Source: Entomortierella parvispora E1425
Lineage: Eukaryota; Fungi; Mortierellomycota
NCBI GenBank assembly: GCA_020891255.1
Contig: BQFW01000007.1
Location: 248,001-312,000, forward strand
DNA: 64,000 nucleotides
Direction of reading: 5' to 3'
Shown: piece by piece, positions 49,069-61,346 of the stretch
Layout: each line of letters begins with the position of its first letter
How positions within the stretch are numbered: the first letter of the stretch is position 1
Program-made: the position numbers and the translations under genes
The notes under the pieces: generated by a model
The model's database searches: none
What the model saw: the letters and a program-made list of their open reading frames with translations, nothing else
Told to the model about the DNA's origin: nothing

Positions 49069-50089
49069 CTAAAGTCCAAGAGTCTTCCTGACAGTACTCC
49101 TGACAATGTTATCAAAATGTTTCCTGTCCGATCGCCAAACTTTCTATAAGGGGTGGCAGGTAATGTGTTAACACCTGCTGATAAGCCAAAAGAAATAAAA
49201 ATATCCTTCAACAGTACCCAATATCCATAAAGAAAGTGAGTCCTTTCTCTCAAGATGAACGGGTTCCTGGTACTTACGCATGCTTCAATATTGGCACCAC
49301 TCTCGTCATTTGGCTCGGCAAGCATGCTCAACACCGACAAAAGGATCTTTTCCACGCTCTGAACAGGACTCCAGCGCTCCGAACTTGACTCGTACATGTT
49401 GGGGTCATCGCCAGGGGCATGAAGAATAGAGATGCAGACGGTTCCATCCTGATAGACTAATAGAAGAAGATAAAAGAGTCAGTGCAAGAGTTCATGGCTC
49501 ACAGAGTGCAACCCGATCTCCACGATCAAAGAAACGCCACTCAACGGACCTCCATCACTTCTCCTTTGCGATATCCTCAATAAAACTTACTGTTGGGGTG
49601 GAACATCTCGCAGGTGAACTTCATCTGAGGGGGAGAAAGAGGATAATCCTTGGGAAACGTCAAGGTGGCAGGGAAAATGCCTCCTTCGTATGGAGTATCC
49701 TGAGGTCCCCTAGTAGGATCAGAAAACGAAATCAATATTAGTTCAATACCTCAAAATAGATGCACTCAGTGCATGTCCAATGGAAATGAACCTACTCAAT
49801 CAGTGCCTCCCACTCAAAAAAGTTCTCCTCGGTAATGGGACCTATGATGCAATAGAATGACATTGGTCAGATGCCAGTAGCCAAAAGAAACTTTGCCATC
49901 AACGGCTGACAGGGACCGTTGTCCAAATCGGCTCATTGTTCCTGTGAATGACAGACATGTCCTGACAGCCAGAGATTCCGATTAATCCAACAAGTCGCCT
50001 CGACAATTACCTGCAGTAATACCCTCAGGGGCATGCAGCGTCAGCTCGCGGTACTCTGTCATCAGCCTCTTGAGGGCAGTGGCTCCCAT
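49069..50089 (-). CDS. UBC7: Ubiquitin-conjugating enzyme E2 (Ubc7/UBE2G), 5 exons
   Basis: [16 protein letters not shown]...[19 protein letters not shown]/...[10 protein letters not shown]...[46 protein letters not shown].../[10 protein letters not shown]...LGL*. Catalytic Cys TGC at 49434-49436. Confidence 0.95.
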
Positions 50090-51058
50090 GGTCTTGTACA
50101 TGATGTGATGCTTTGCTAGGTCGGGCAAGTGTTGTTGGGTGTTGCGAAATAGGGTGATGGATGGCCTCGCTTTGGTATTTTTGTCTTTGAGCGGTATCCG
50201 TGTTTCGATGTCCTGGGTCCTGTCAAGGGTCGGGTTGAGTGCTGTTTCGTCCTGTCGTGGTCCTGTCCAAAGAGAGTGATGGCATCCATCGTGTTCATGG
50301 AACAATTGCTCCTTTCGCCAGTTCGCTGCAGTCACGGGACCTCCATTGGCTATGGCGCGTTTCCCCCTCCCCTTATTTTCTTCTTTTCCCTAGGCTTTTC
50401 TGTGGACATGGAGCAGCTCTTGAGGCGGGACCTGGCGCCACAGAGTCAACGAGACCTCAAGGAACATTCAGTCTGTAACCTGGCTCGAACTATATCATGC
50501 ACCCGACTTCTAACCGTTCCATTACTGCCCCTGGCTACTGCTGATCGGACACTTTTTCCTCGCAACAGCAGGAGTCCCTCCTCGAGCTGGGGCGAGAATC
50601 CCTTAATTGATGCTTGCTCACCCTTGCATTCGATCTCATGTCTGCCTGGCCAAGGTACGGTACTGTGTTTTGTTCTGCGTATATAATAATGTGAAAAGGT
50701 CGCCGTGGTCGAGATTGTAATTCCCAACTGACCGCAACTCTTTTCTTTTTTTTCCTTTTTTTCTTTTGCTCCTCTCCCGCTCTATCCGAATCTCTCTTTG
50801 TCGGTCATCGTCGACCCTTGATGACGCTGCACCAGCGCAGACAGGATCATCTTACAGTAACATTAGAACAAACACATCCGCAGTAGCCATCCGTGCCTCG
50901 CCAACAAAATCACTCTTGGGAAAGGACTGCGAGTCTACTTAACTTGCTCTTTTCACCTTTCTCTTTCCTTTATTCCTGTACACACCTTGTAGAAACCTCC
51001 TTTGTCTCTTCCTTTTCCTATCCTTTCCTTCGCACGACATAGCCTCGTCTCCTCAGCA

Positions 51059-52258
51059 ATGCTGATCTTGTCTACTCGGCAAGCAAGGGTCTCGCTGGGG
51101 TCAATGCTTCTTCTGGCCCTCTGCACCCTCTCTTCCACCTTCACCAACGGTAGTCCTCGCCCTCGCTTTGGCACCCTTCAACTCTCCCCAACCGAGAGTT
51201 ATATTTCCAACAACCATCCTCGTCTCTTTGTGAGGTCAAAGCCCAATCGGATGGCTAGGAGGAACGACGATGAAGAAGATGAGGACGTTGTGATCTACAA
51301 GACCAAGCAACCCTCCACCCCGCCCAACTCTCTTCCCTCGGACCCCTTTGCTCACTACACATACGAAAACACACTAACGTCAGGCGACTTTCAGGTATCT
51401 CAGGCTCGCCGAACCATCGTCGTCGGGGACATTCATGGGAGTCTGGTCGGATTCGACGGGTTCTTGAAACAAATTGGCTATGACGGCACCAAGGACAACT
51501 TGATCTTGGCAGGCGATCTTGTGGCCAAGGGACCCCAGTCTGTGGAGGTCATTGACAGGGCACGATCCTTGAATGCGAAATGCGTCCGAGGCAACCACGA
51601 CGACAAGGTCATTCGCTGGAAGGGGTACCTCGACAGTCTGAGCCCCTCTCAAAAATCCATGCTAGAAATGGACTCGAAATCGCGACCCGACGTCCTGGAC
51701 GACGAGAATGCACCGGAATACGATGCCGATGTGCCCTCTGTGCGACCCTTGGCTCAGATGAGAGACATTCCTGCAGATCTGGTGGAAAACTCGGAACATC
51801 ATCGGATCGCCTCCAAGATGAACGATGATCAGTACCAGTACCTGTTGAGTTGTCCTCTGGTCTTGACTCTGCCCAAGGAAATGTCTGTGCACAAAACACC
51901 GGTGCATGTCCTTCATGCTGGAATTGACCCTTCCAAGGATATTGAGCATCAACTCCCTTGGGTCCTGGTCAACGTCAGGAATATCTTGAAGGATGGAACG
52001 CCGTCTCGAAAGAAAAAGAAGGGTCAAGGCTGGGCAAGCGAGTTTAACAACGAGCACTCGCGTTTCGTTGGGAAGGGTCAAGACTACTTGGTGGTGTATG
52101 GCCATGATGCCAGTCGATCGTTGAATGTGAAGCAGTGGTCCATTGGACTGGACAGCGGTTGCGTCTATGGCCGAGCCTTATCTGGATATGTAGTCGAGAC
52201 TGGCCAGATCTACACTGTGCCGTGCCCAGACTTGGATGTGGACCCAGGAGAGGAATAG
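51059..52258 (+). CDS. Calcineurin-like metallophosphoesterase (Ppn2/ApaH-like; putative endopolyphosphatase), intronless
   Basis: N-terminal hydrophobic signal; GDIHG, GDLVAKGP, VRGNHD, VLHAG, VYGH, GLDSGCVYG. Confidence 0.9.
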   Translation: MLILSTRQARVSLGSMLLLALCTLSSTFTNGSPRPRFGTLQLSPTESYISNNHPRLFVRSKPNRMARRNDDEEDEDVVIYKTKQPSTPPNSLPSDPFAHYTYENTLTSGDFQVSQARRTIVVGDIHGSLVGFDGFLKQIGYDGTKDNLILAGDLVAKGPQSVEVIDRARSLNAKCVRGNHDDKVIRWKGYLDSLSPSQKSMLEMDSKSRPDVLDDENAPEYDADVPSVRPLAQMRDIPADLVENSEHHRIASKMNDDQYQYLLSCPLVLTLPKEMSVHKTPVHVLHAGIDPSKDIEHQLPWVLVNVRNILKDGTPSRKKKKGQGWASEFNNEHSRFVGKGQDYLVVYGHDASRSLNVKQWSIGLDSGCVYGRALSGYVVETGQIYTVPCPDLDVDPGEE

Positions 52259-54387
52259 ACAACACAATTGACAACTTGTTCTTTGCATGTACTGCAACAG
52301 CAGACCCTCATCTTCCCCCGTATATTTTCATTCTCTAGAACAACAGCTTTTAATGAATAAAATTGTAACGACAATGTTATGATCATTTTCTTTCTCTCCA
52401 AGGTGACAGATCGCTGTAATTGGGTGCTTTCACGAAGCCTGCTAATCAAAAGATCGACTTTATGGCCTTGGAGAAACGAAAAGGAAGGAATGAGCATCGA
52501 GAGAGGAGCCTTTGATCTTTGGCGTGGGTTGCACAATGACGATGCGAATCTAGCGCGTTTCGCGCATTACTACTGCTCGCCTAGTTGCTCGTGCGGGGTC
52601 CTACTTGTGTGGGTCTACTTTGATCCGATCTCACAACTGCAGGCACGGCAGACGTATTGTTGTTTGTTTTCCTCTCGATCCATGCCCCGACCCCAGCGGG
52701 GACTTTTATGCAGGTGCACGCTTTTTGCAGATTCAGTGACAGATGTAGCCCTCCGCTGGCCCGTTGTTGCCGGTTTTACATAGAGGCACGTCTGGTTCTT
52801 GATGATGGTACAGTAGGTTCTGCATAGAGCCATCATACCCATCCAATAAGCTGGGTCTCGTAGAAAAACATGCATGAAAAAAACATACATACCTCTCAGA
52901 AAGGAATATCTCATTGGACAAATGTCTCTGTTTTTGGACAGGGGATCTGGATGTTGGGTCTATATTGTTGGCTACGTACTTTTTTCTTTGTTTTGGTTTC
53001 TTGGATAAACCCAAGATGCAGAGGCCACCTCTACCAATGTGTGTTCTTCCTGCAGAAAATCCGATCAGGAACTGGACACTCTTGCCTAGGCATGTTATGT
53101 CCTCTCTCTTTGCGAGACATGTCCTCTCTCTTGCCTAGACGATGCCAGAGGCAGACGCAGGTGCTGAATCCATCAAAGAGATCAGGGTAAAAAAAAAGGC
53201 ACCGTGGGAAGTGCAGTGTGGTGAGACAAGGGTGGGGAAAATCCCCAAACTCGGGAAGCAACTTGCCGAAGAATATAAAAAAAAAAATAGTAAGCTATCA
53301 GCTTGCGCCGTTTCACGCCGTCTTGCTGCAGCGCTGGACGCAATGACCTTCTGCAGAACCCTGCCAGGAAGAGGGCCGATAGCCGATGCTCTTTGGATCA
53401 AAGCAGTGTTTCTTGCTCTCTTCTCTACCCACGGACAGTCCTCCCCACAGTCGTCATCGGGCATGCGACCCAACAGTTGACAGGGCAGTCCAACAGGCGA
53501 AATCAGTAAAAAAAAAGAAAAAAAAGTGAGAGCTAAAGTCTCGTCTGCCGTTTCGCCTGCACCTTACCCCTGGTTTTATTGGGACAAGAGAGGAAAGAGA
53601 AGGAGGATTGATGTTCTCCTTTAGGATGGCGTAACTTTCGCGTGAAGGCTATTTTCCTTTATTTTTTTTTATCTTCATACATTGACTCTCAAACTTTAGA
53701 AAGGCCTCTCTATTTGAACCACGAAACAAAAGAGCTGAGAGAGCACAATTCGGTTTACCAAGCTTCTTTCGTGTTCACGAAAACGGAAAAGAAGAATGGA
53801 AAGGCACGGAGGAAACGGGAGATAGGGGAGGAATAACTTCGGACAATTTTTTTGCTCAGCCAGATAACCATTTTTACTTCACCGCCTCCTTCACGATCGG
53901 GTCGACACTCTATCTCTTTCTTTGACGCGCGCCACACAAGAAAAGTGGGGAGGAGGCAAGATGTGGGGGATAGGGGAGTTTCGACCAAAAGAGTAGGCCG
54001 ATCTCTCTGCACCACCCTAAAAGATCGAGGGTGCCTGTTGGGTGTTAAATTCGATCCAAACATGTACCCACGGCCCAGATCTGCAGGAAAAGGGCTGTCG
54101 TGGGTGTTTGTGAACACAATGGCCGTTTCGGACAATTGATGATTCGCTTTGTTTATCTCCCCAATCTTCTTCACCAAACACAAGAGTTAATGTGCCTGTG
54201 TGAGAGAGGTATATTGCAAAGCAAAAAAAAAAAAAAAAAAACGACAACAACAACAAACAAAAGAGCTCAAGATCGCTTCATTTTGGTAACTCTGGGTGCA
54301 GGGACGGTAACCAGTAGTGGCCGACAAATGGGACTAGGTGAGATGAGACCTTAGCCGTACGGCCCTGCGACTCGTGGAGAGAGTGAC

Positions 54388-54434
54388 AAACAGGAATTGG
54401 CCAAACAGGAATGGCCAAACAGGAGTGGCCAAAC
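54388..54434. repeat. Intergenic tandem repeat, 3 x about 14 nt
   Basis: aaacaggaattggcc aaacaggaatggcc aaacaggagtggcc aaac. Confidence 0.8.
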
Positions 54435-56242
54435 AAAAGGTACAGAAAGTGTGAATGACCACGGACACATCGGTTGGTTTCTTTGTCTCTATGTTTTTTG
54501 GACCCTCGAAACTGCCAGATCGAGTGGATCGAGAAGTGGGGGAACCAGATCTGGTCCCCTCCTTCATTCCAGAGGTCATGCTGACGAAGAAAAAGATTAA
54601 AAGGGGAAACGGGACCTTCGCTGGTGGCGACCAACGGGAAGTCGAGGAGACGTTTCGTCCGAGGTCATGTGCGAGGAGAGGCAAAACGGAAAAGAAAGGG
54701 GAGGAACAGCGGTGATTGGCCAGAGCGTTCGGACGTCGCAGATTCGTTCTCTTTGGGATGGAGCGTTGGCTCACCATTCCCATTTTTAATTCAATCAAGA
54801 CGAAAAAGAAAAAAAAAATGCTCAGCTGGTACGTTTTTTTTTTTTTTGGTTTTGGTTTTTGGTTCTTCTTGGGTCTCGTTCTCCAGTAGAAAAGATTGCG
54901 TCCATCCAGCAGCCGTCGTCGTCGAGACAGAGAACGAAAGAGAGACGCACAGAAGGAGGAAAAAAAAGGCCTTCTCTCATTCGGTTGGTTTGTTGGGTTG
55001 GCCACCTTTGGTTTCTCGATCATGTCAACAATGGCGTAGTGTGTGAACAATTCATCGTATTTCTGTTCTAGGAAAGGCCAAAACAACAACATAATAAAAC
55101 TAAAATGAACAAAGAAGATCCAGCCTCTCGCCTCTCGCCCTCGACTGTTTTACACGCAAACATGTGCTGCTGTTGTGATTTGCACCGGGGATGGGCTGCG
55201 TTTCTTTTGTTGATCCTTGTCCTACTCTCTTTATTACCTTCAAATAAGCAGATCGGCGGGACAGAACTGTGATCTGCAGCCTGCACAGGTGCAAGGGTCG
55301 AGAGAGGCGAAAAGGATCAGCGGGCGAGGGGAATAGGAATGTGATATGAGAAGGGGGCAAACGCAGAGGTAGATTTTCTGTGCGCCTGTCGGACCTCGGA
55401 GTGAACGATGGATGGACGTGCAGAGAAGCTGATATCTCCAGGGTCCAAGCTGCGGCAAAGACTCCCTCAAGGAGCAAAGCTAGAAGCAGCGGAGAATCGA
55501 ACTCGAGAGGACTAGACTCTGCTCCTTCTCTGCATATTCATTAACCAGTTCTTTACGCCCTGCCCCTATATGATAAAGAGGAAGGGGATGCAGAACGTCT
55601 TTCGCCATTCCTCGCCATTGGCGGGAGCATGGTTTTTCTGTCACATTGGTATTGTACTCTTTTCTTCTGAACCTATCCCCATCTAAAAACGCTCCAAGAG
55701 AGGTATGTAGAGCCAGCGAGAGTGCGATCGAAAAAGTCAAGAGAGCAGCAAGAGGTAGTTTCGTTATCAAAAAGTCCTCACCCCTTTGGCGATTGGCCAG
55801 GGATGCCGTGGCAGGGCACACGGAAAGAGGCGAAGGGGCCAAAGTGTATTCTCCGTCGAGCGGGTAATGGGTCGTCAGCGTCCAGGGGAGAGCGCACTGC
55901 ACGAGTGGCCCAGCCAACCAACTTTATCCGTCCCAACCAAATTCAATGCAGCGTACATACATACAGGACATTTTTAGGCAAATTTAGTCTCATTGCTTTG
56001 TTGAACCTGATTCAATCGAGTCGCAGCCTATTGAGCAGTTGGCTCGCTGTCCAACCAAACGCGTCGAACCACTCGATGGGCACCAGACACGTCCACTCCA
56101 ATTGGGGGTGCTCCTGCCCTCTTTGGTGTGGTGGAGGTACATTGCCTCGTTGGTCTCCTGGTCTGGGCTTTGTCTTGGTCGTTGGGCCAAACGGGAAGTC
56201 TCCCTCCCCCCTCTCGCGTGCCTGTGCTTCTCTTCTCCGACC

Positions 56243-56249
56243 TATAAAA
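56243..56249 (+). promoter_or_regulatory. TATA box of the amino-acid permease gene
   Basis: TATAAAA followed by a CT-rich leader, about 195 nt before ATG 56440. Confidence 0.5.
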
Positions 56250-56439
56250 GGGACACCTCCGCGCCCCTGTTTTTTTTTCCTTCGACTTTGTCCCTGCCGC
56301 AAATCCATACCCTACCCTCAACAACACCACTCCTTCTCTCTCTCTTTCTCTCTCCTTCTCTCCTTCTCAACCTCTCCTTCCTTCGTTTCACGAACTCTCT
56401 TCGATCTCGTATACCCAACCCACCAACAACGCAACAACA

Positions 56440-56672
56440 ATGTCAAAGTCAGAAGCTTCGTACGAAGAAAAGTACGACATCGATCAGATGCACGATGTCG
56501 CCCCCGGCGAGACTCTTGCTGCTGAGCAGCAGGGCCTCAAGCGTGATCTTCGCTTGCGCCACATGATCATGATCGCCATCGGTGGAACCATCGGTACTGG
56601 TCTTTTCTTGACCTCCGGTTCCACCATTGCCACCGCCGGTCCCGGTGGTGCCTGTAAGTACACCGTCTTATC

Positions 56673-56703
<31 letters not shown>

Positions 56704-58221
56704 GCCGCAACAGCAGCAGCAACGTTGGCTCTTGATCGCTGACTCGGATCTCCTTAATTTTTTTCCTTCTCTCTTTTCGCAGTGCTCGCCTATGTTCTTG
56801 TTGGTCTCTGGCTCGTCTTTGTGTGCCAGGCCATCGGTGAGATCGCCACCCTCCTCCCCCTCCCCGGTGCATTCAACGCCTGGGGTGGCCGTATCTTTGA
56901 CGAGGCCTTCTCTTTCCAGATGACCTGGATGTACTTCATCAACTGGGCCTTGACCATCCCCGCCGAGTTGTCTGCCTCTGCCATCATTGTCCAGTTCTGG
57001 TTGCCCGCCGACTCCAAGTTCCCCGTGTGGGTCGTCCCATTGATCATTATTTTGCTCATGGTCGCCATTAACTTGGCCGGTGTCAAGGCCTATGGTGAGC
57101 TCGAGTACTGGTTCTCGATCCTCAAGGTCTTGACCATTATTATGTTCATCATCTGCGGTATCCTCGTCGATGCCGGTGCTATCGGCAACCAGAAGTACGG
57201 TATGGCTGCTTGGCACATTGACGGCGCCCCTTTCAAGGGTGGCTTCATGGGCTTCATCACCACTTTGGTCTCGGTCGGTTACGCCTACGGTGGTACCGAG
57301 ATGACCGGTGTCACCGCTGCCGAGTCCCGCAACCCCCACAAGCACGTCCCCAAGGCCGTCAACACTGTCTTGGTCCGTATCGCCTTCTTCTACATCGTTT
57401 CCATCTTCTTGCTCGGTTCCATCGTCGCCAACAACGACCCCGGTCTTGTCAACTCCGACGGCTCTGCTGCTCATGCTCCCTTCACCCTCGTCTTCGCGAA
57501 GGCCGGTATCAGCGTCGCCGCCAACTACATGAACGCTGTCGTCTTGACCTCTGTCTTCTCTGCCATCAACTCTGATTTCTACGTCTCCACCCGCATGTTG
57601 TTGTCCCTGGCCCGTAACGGTTGGGCCCACAAGTCGATCGGTTACACCAATTCGCGCGGTGTCCCATTGGTCGCCTTGGCCATCGTCACCCTTTGCTCTT
57701 GCTTGTCCTTGATCACCATCTTTGTCGGTTCCGGTGTGGTCTTTGAGTGGTTCGTGTCCATCATTGGCTCCATCATCTTCCAGTCCTGGATCTTGATTCT
57801 CCTCCTGCACTTCCGTTTCCGTTACTGCTGGAAGAAGCAGGGTCGCCCCGTCAGCGATCTCCCCTATGTCTCCTGGGGCTACCCCTATGGCAACATTTTG
57901 GGTACCGTCATCGGTATCTGCTGCATTGTCGCCACCTGCTACTTGTCCGTCATCAACCCCCCTTACCGCGCCGACTTTGCGACCGAGGCCTTGTACACCG
58001 CTGCTCGTGACGCCTATGCTCAGAACTTGTTGGGTGCTTGGTTCCCTTGGGTCTGCTCCCTTTGCTTGTTTGTCGGTTACAAGACCGTCAAGAAGACAAA
58101 GATGGTCCGCGCTGAGGATGCTGATCTCGATACCGGTCGCTTCATCCCCACCGCCGCTGATCTCGAGGACTTGAAGGTCCATGGTCCTCTCTGGAAGCGT
58201 ATCCTCCAGTCCCTCGTTTAA
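56440..58221 (+). CDS. Amino-acid permease (APC superfamily, YAT family), 2 exons
   Basis: LKRDLRLRHMIMIAIGGTIGTGLFL...GPGG / intron / LLAYVLVG...GEIATLLP, YGELEYWFS, GGTEMTGVTAAESRNP, 12 TM segments; TAA 58219-58221. Confidence 0.96.
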
Positions 58222-58608
58222 AATCATTTTAAATAGATAGATCGCAAACAGCGACGACATTTCTCACCTTAAAATACACTGTAACATATTCTTTCTGTAT
58301 ATTTTGGTTTCAACGGAATGCTATGCTTGGTGAACGAACCCCTCCATGTTCCCTGGACAAAGGACCAATTGTTTCATTGGCTTGAACACAGTTTTTTTTT
58401 ATCTTGCAGCTTTTTTTTTTTTATTATTTGGTGAAAGAAGAGTCGAGGTACAGTTGTAGAGTCCCACGGCTGTATCTTGCAAACACAAAAGAGGTATAAG
58501 AGAGCGTGCGAAAAAATGTGGTTCAATGCTTGAAGGGAGGGAGAAAAAAAGAGAGAAATGGAGAAAGAAACTAAAAAATGCAAAGTTGTCTGTTGGTGTT
58601 TTTCTTCT

Positions 58609-60889
58609 TTAAAGATCAGCAAGGAACTTGCTGTAGGTCTTGAGACCGTTCTGGAGGATCTGCTTCTCGCCCTGGACGCAGACACCACCATAGTACAAAG
58701 GTCCAGACAGGTTGGCCTTCTTGAGCTGCTCCAAGTCCTCCTCAGCAGTGGTCTTGTCAGACACGCCAAAGGCATCGGCGCGGAGACGGATGATCTGGAG
58801 AATGGCCTCGAGGACAGTCTTGCGGACCTGGCGACCGGCGGGGGTCAAAGGCTCGACGTGGGGCTTCTCCTCGTCGTCCTCCTCCTCGGCCTCCTCCTCA
58901 GCAAGGTTCTCCTCCTCCAGAGCACGGCGAAGGAAGATATCGTTGAAGTACTCAGTGGCAACCTCCATGCTGGCCTGGACACGATCAAACTGCTCCTTCT
59001 CCATGAAGATAACGTTGAGAAGCATGAGGAGACGGTCGTCAATGGAGCCATCGTTCATCATGTACATGATGTCTCTGGGGAAGTCCTCCTCCTCCTCCTC
59101 CTCCTCTTCCTCATCCTCATCATCATCGTCTTGCTCCTCGGCGGCATCGGCCTTCTTGTGCTCGTGGGTGTGCTCGTGATCGTGGTCGTGGTCGTGGTCA
59201 CCACCGCAGCAGCCATCCTCCTCGACATCATCCTCATCATCCTCACCGATAAAGACATCCTCGGTATCCAAGAACCACTGAACGCGCTCCTCGACAACAG
59301 CAGAGTCACCGAGAATGGCCTCGGCAGTCTTCTTGACCGTCTCGAGCTGAATGGTGACAGTGTCGTGGGGGTTGCCGATCTCAGCAAAGCCATACTTGCT
59401 CAAGAAGATCTTGTTGGGGAAGGGGCCATAGTGACGGGTGATCTCCTCGCCCTTCTTGACATCCTCATCGAGGATAATGTCGCAAGTATCGTTGATCTCC
59501 TCATCCTCCCAGTCCTCATCATCCTCATCATCGTCCTCGCCGTTGGCCTCGGAAGACTTGGCAGCGCGCTTGGCCTTCTTCTCCTCGAGCTCAGGGGCAT
59601 CCTCATCATCCTCCTCCTCATCGTCCTCCTCATCCAAATGCTCGCAAGAGATAGCACCGCAGACCTCGCAAACATCCTCGTGGGAAAGGTAGTCAGAGTT
59701 GGGCTCGGCGCTGTGGTTGACACTATTTTGTTGCAGGAAAGTGAAAAAAGAAAGTGGAAAGAAAAAGGAACAGCGGGTTACAAACAGGAATTGAGCGTTC
59801 TAGGCTTCTTCTTTTCGTCTACTCAAGGACACCCTTCTACAAAAGAGCATTCCTGAGAGCCTCTTTTTTTTCCTTTTAAACTTACAAGTCAGCAAAGGGG
59901 ATAAGGGCCGAGACGTGGTAGTCGTCGACGTCCATGGCACGGGAAGAGACATGGGAGGTCATGAGCTTGAAGTCCTCGAAAGAGAAGAACTTGGCCTTGA
60001 CATCCTCGGTGAAGATGTCGGCGTGCTTCTCCAAGAAGGGAACAACAATATTGTCATAGTCCTCGCGCATATCCTTCTATAGAATCCGCGACAATCAGGG
60101 TCGTCATCAGGAACAAGAGAGAGAAGAGAAACAAAAGAAGGGAGTTAGCAAGCGCGTCATAGATCTGAGATCTTTTTTGTTTTTCGTTCCAGTCACACAG
60201 AACAGGTAAGGCTGTCAATCTAGCAGGCACACCATGCCACAGCTAGGGAGCATCAAATGACGTTGACCAGCCAGAGAAGCCCGAGAGCAGCAGTAGCCAG
60301 CCCAGCGGAGACACACGAGAGGTAAACAACAACAAAAGAAAAAAAAAGAGCACTGAAAAATCGAAAAAAAAAAAAAAAAAAAAAAACTTACAAGATCGGT
60401 CTCAATATCAGCGTGCACCTCTGACTTCTTCATGAGCTCGCGAGACTCCTCCGAGAGGTCGCTGGCCATCTGGGGGCGGCGGTTGTTCAAGAGAGCGAGG
60501 TAGGCCGACCAGAGAGACTCGGAGCCACGGGAGAGCTCGTACATGCAAGCAAGGGTCAATCCAACATAGCCCTCAATATCCTCCTCCTCAAGAATGTTGG
60601 CAATGCCAGTCGAGGCGACGGAGAGAACAATAGACTTGGGGACCTGGATGGCTATTAGGAAGTGAAGGGCATGGGAGGGGTCAGAATCACGATCCTACAA
60701 CCAAAACAGCTTGGGAGCTAGGCGCGGGCATAGGCACGCGTTGCTACCTTCGAATCCAGCCTCGAGGTTCTTCTTGGCAAAGATGCCGAGTCCATGCTTG
60801 CCCTCGCGAATCTCGATGGCATCCTTGTCCCAGATGATCTCGTTCTCCAAGGCCCATGCGAGGAAGGCGGTCAAGTCTTGGGTGGTCAT
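58609..60889 (-). CDS. SET-domain protein lysine methyltransferase (RKM3/SETD6-like) with Rubisco-LSMT-type C-domain, 4 exons
   Basis: FLAWALENEI...HGLGIFAKKNL, IQVPKSIVLS, ESLWSAYLALL, VSSRAMDVDDYH..ALIPFADL/VNH, EEITRHYGPFPNKIFLSKYGF. Confidence 0.88.
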
Positions 60890-61346
60890 TTCGAATAACG
60901 TAAGGGTGTGGATGTGAAAAGGGATTGAGTGGTGAGGAATGGGAAAAGAAAAGAGAGGGAGAAGCCGCTGCAGGAAGGGCTTAAATACCGAGCCTGCCCT
61001 TTGCCTTCAAAAAAAAAAAAAAAAAAAAAAAAATGCCTTCCTCGTGCTGGCCTTGAAAAAGAAGCAAAAAAAAAAAAAGGCCGAGAGCACTGCCCTGATT
61101 TGCCGCCTTTTATGCCCTGTTGTGCCCTCTTGTTTTGTCACCCACCCCGCGCCACGCAGCCTTTTTATCTCCATCTGGGTTGGTCCTCCGACGCGTCCCT
61201 TCTCGACGGGACAAACATAAAAGATAATACTGTACTTTTTTATTATTTTCTTCATCTTGTTCATCCCCAGACACAATGACAGGGTGCCAGGGAAACAAAC
61301 ATGAAAACATTAGGGCTCAAAGTGCGCTGTCGACTCTGAACATGGA

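Noticed and set aside
58558-59856. 432-aa plus-strand ORF; likewise 56668-58260 (-), 17097-18068 (+) and 43785-44549 (-)
   Set aside because: Antisense shadows of highly codon-biased genes (SET, permease, sugar porter, THI4).
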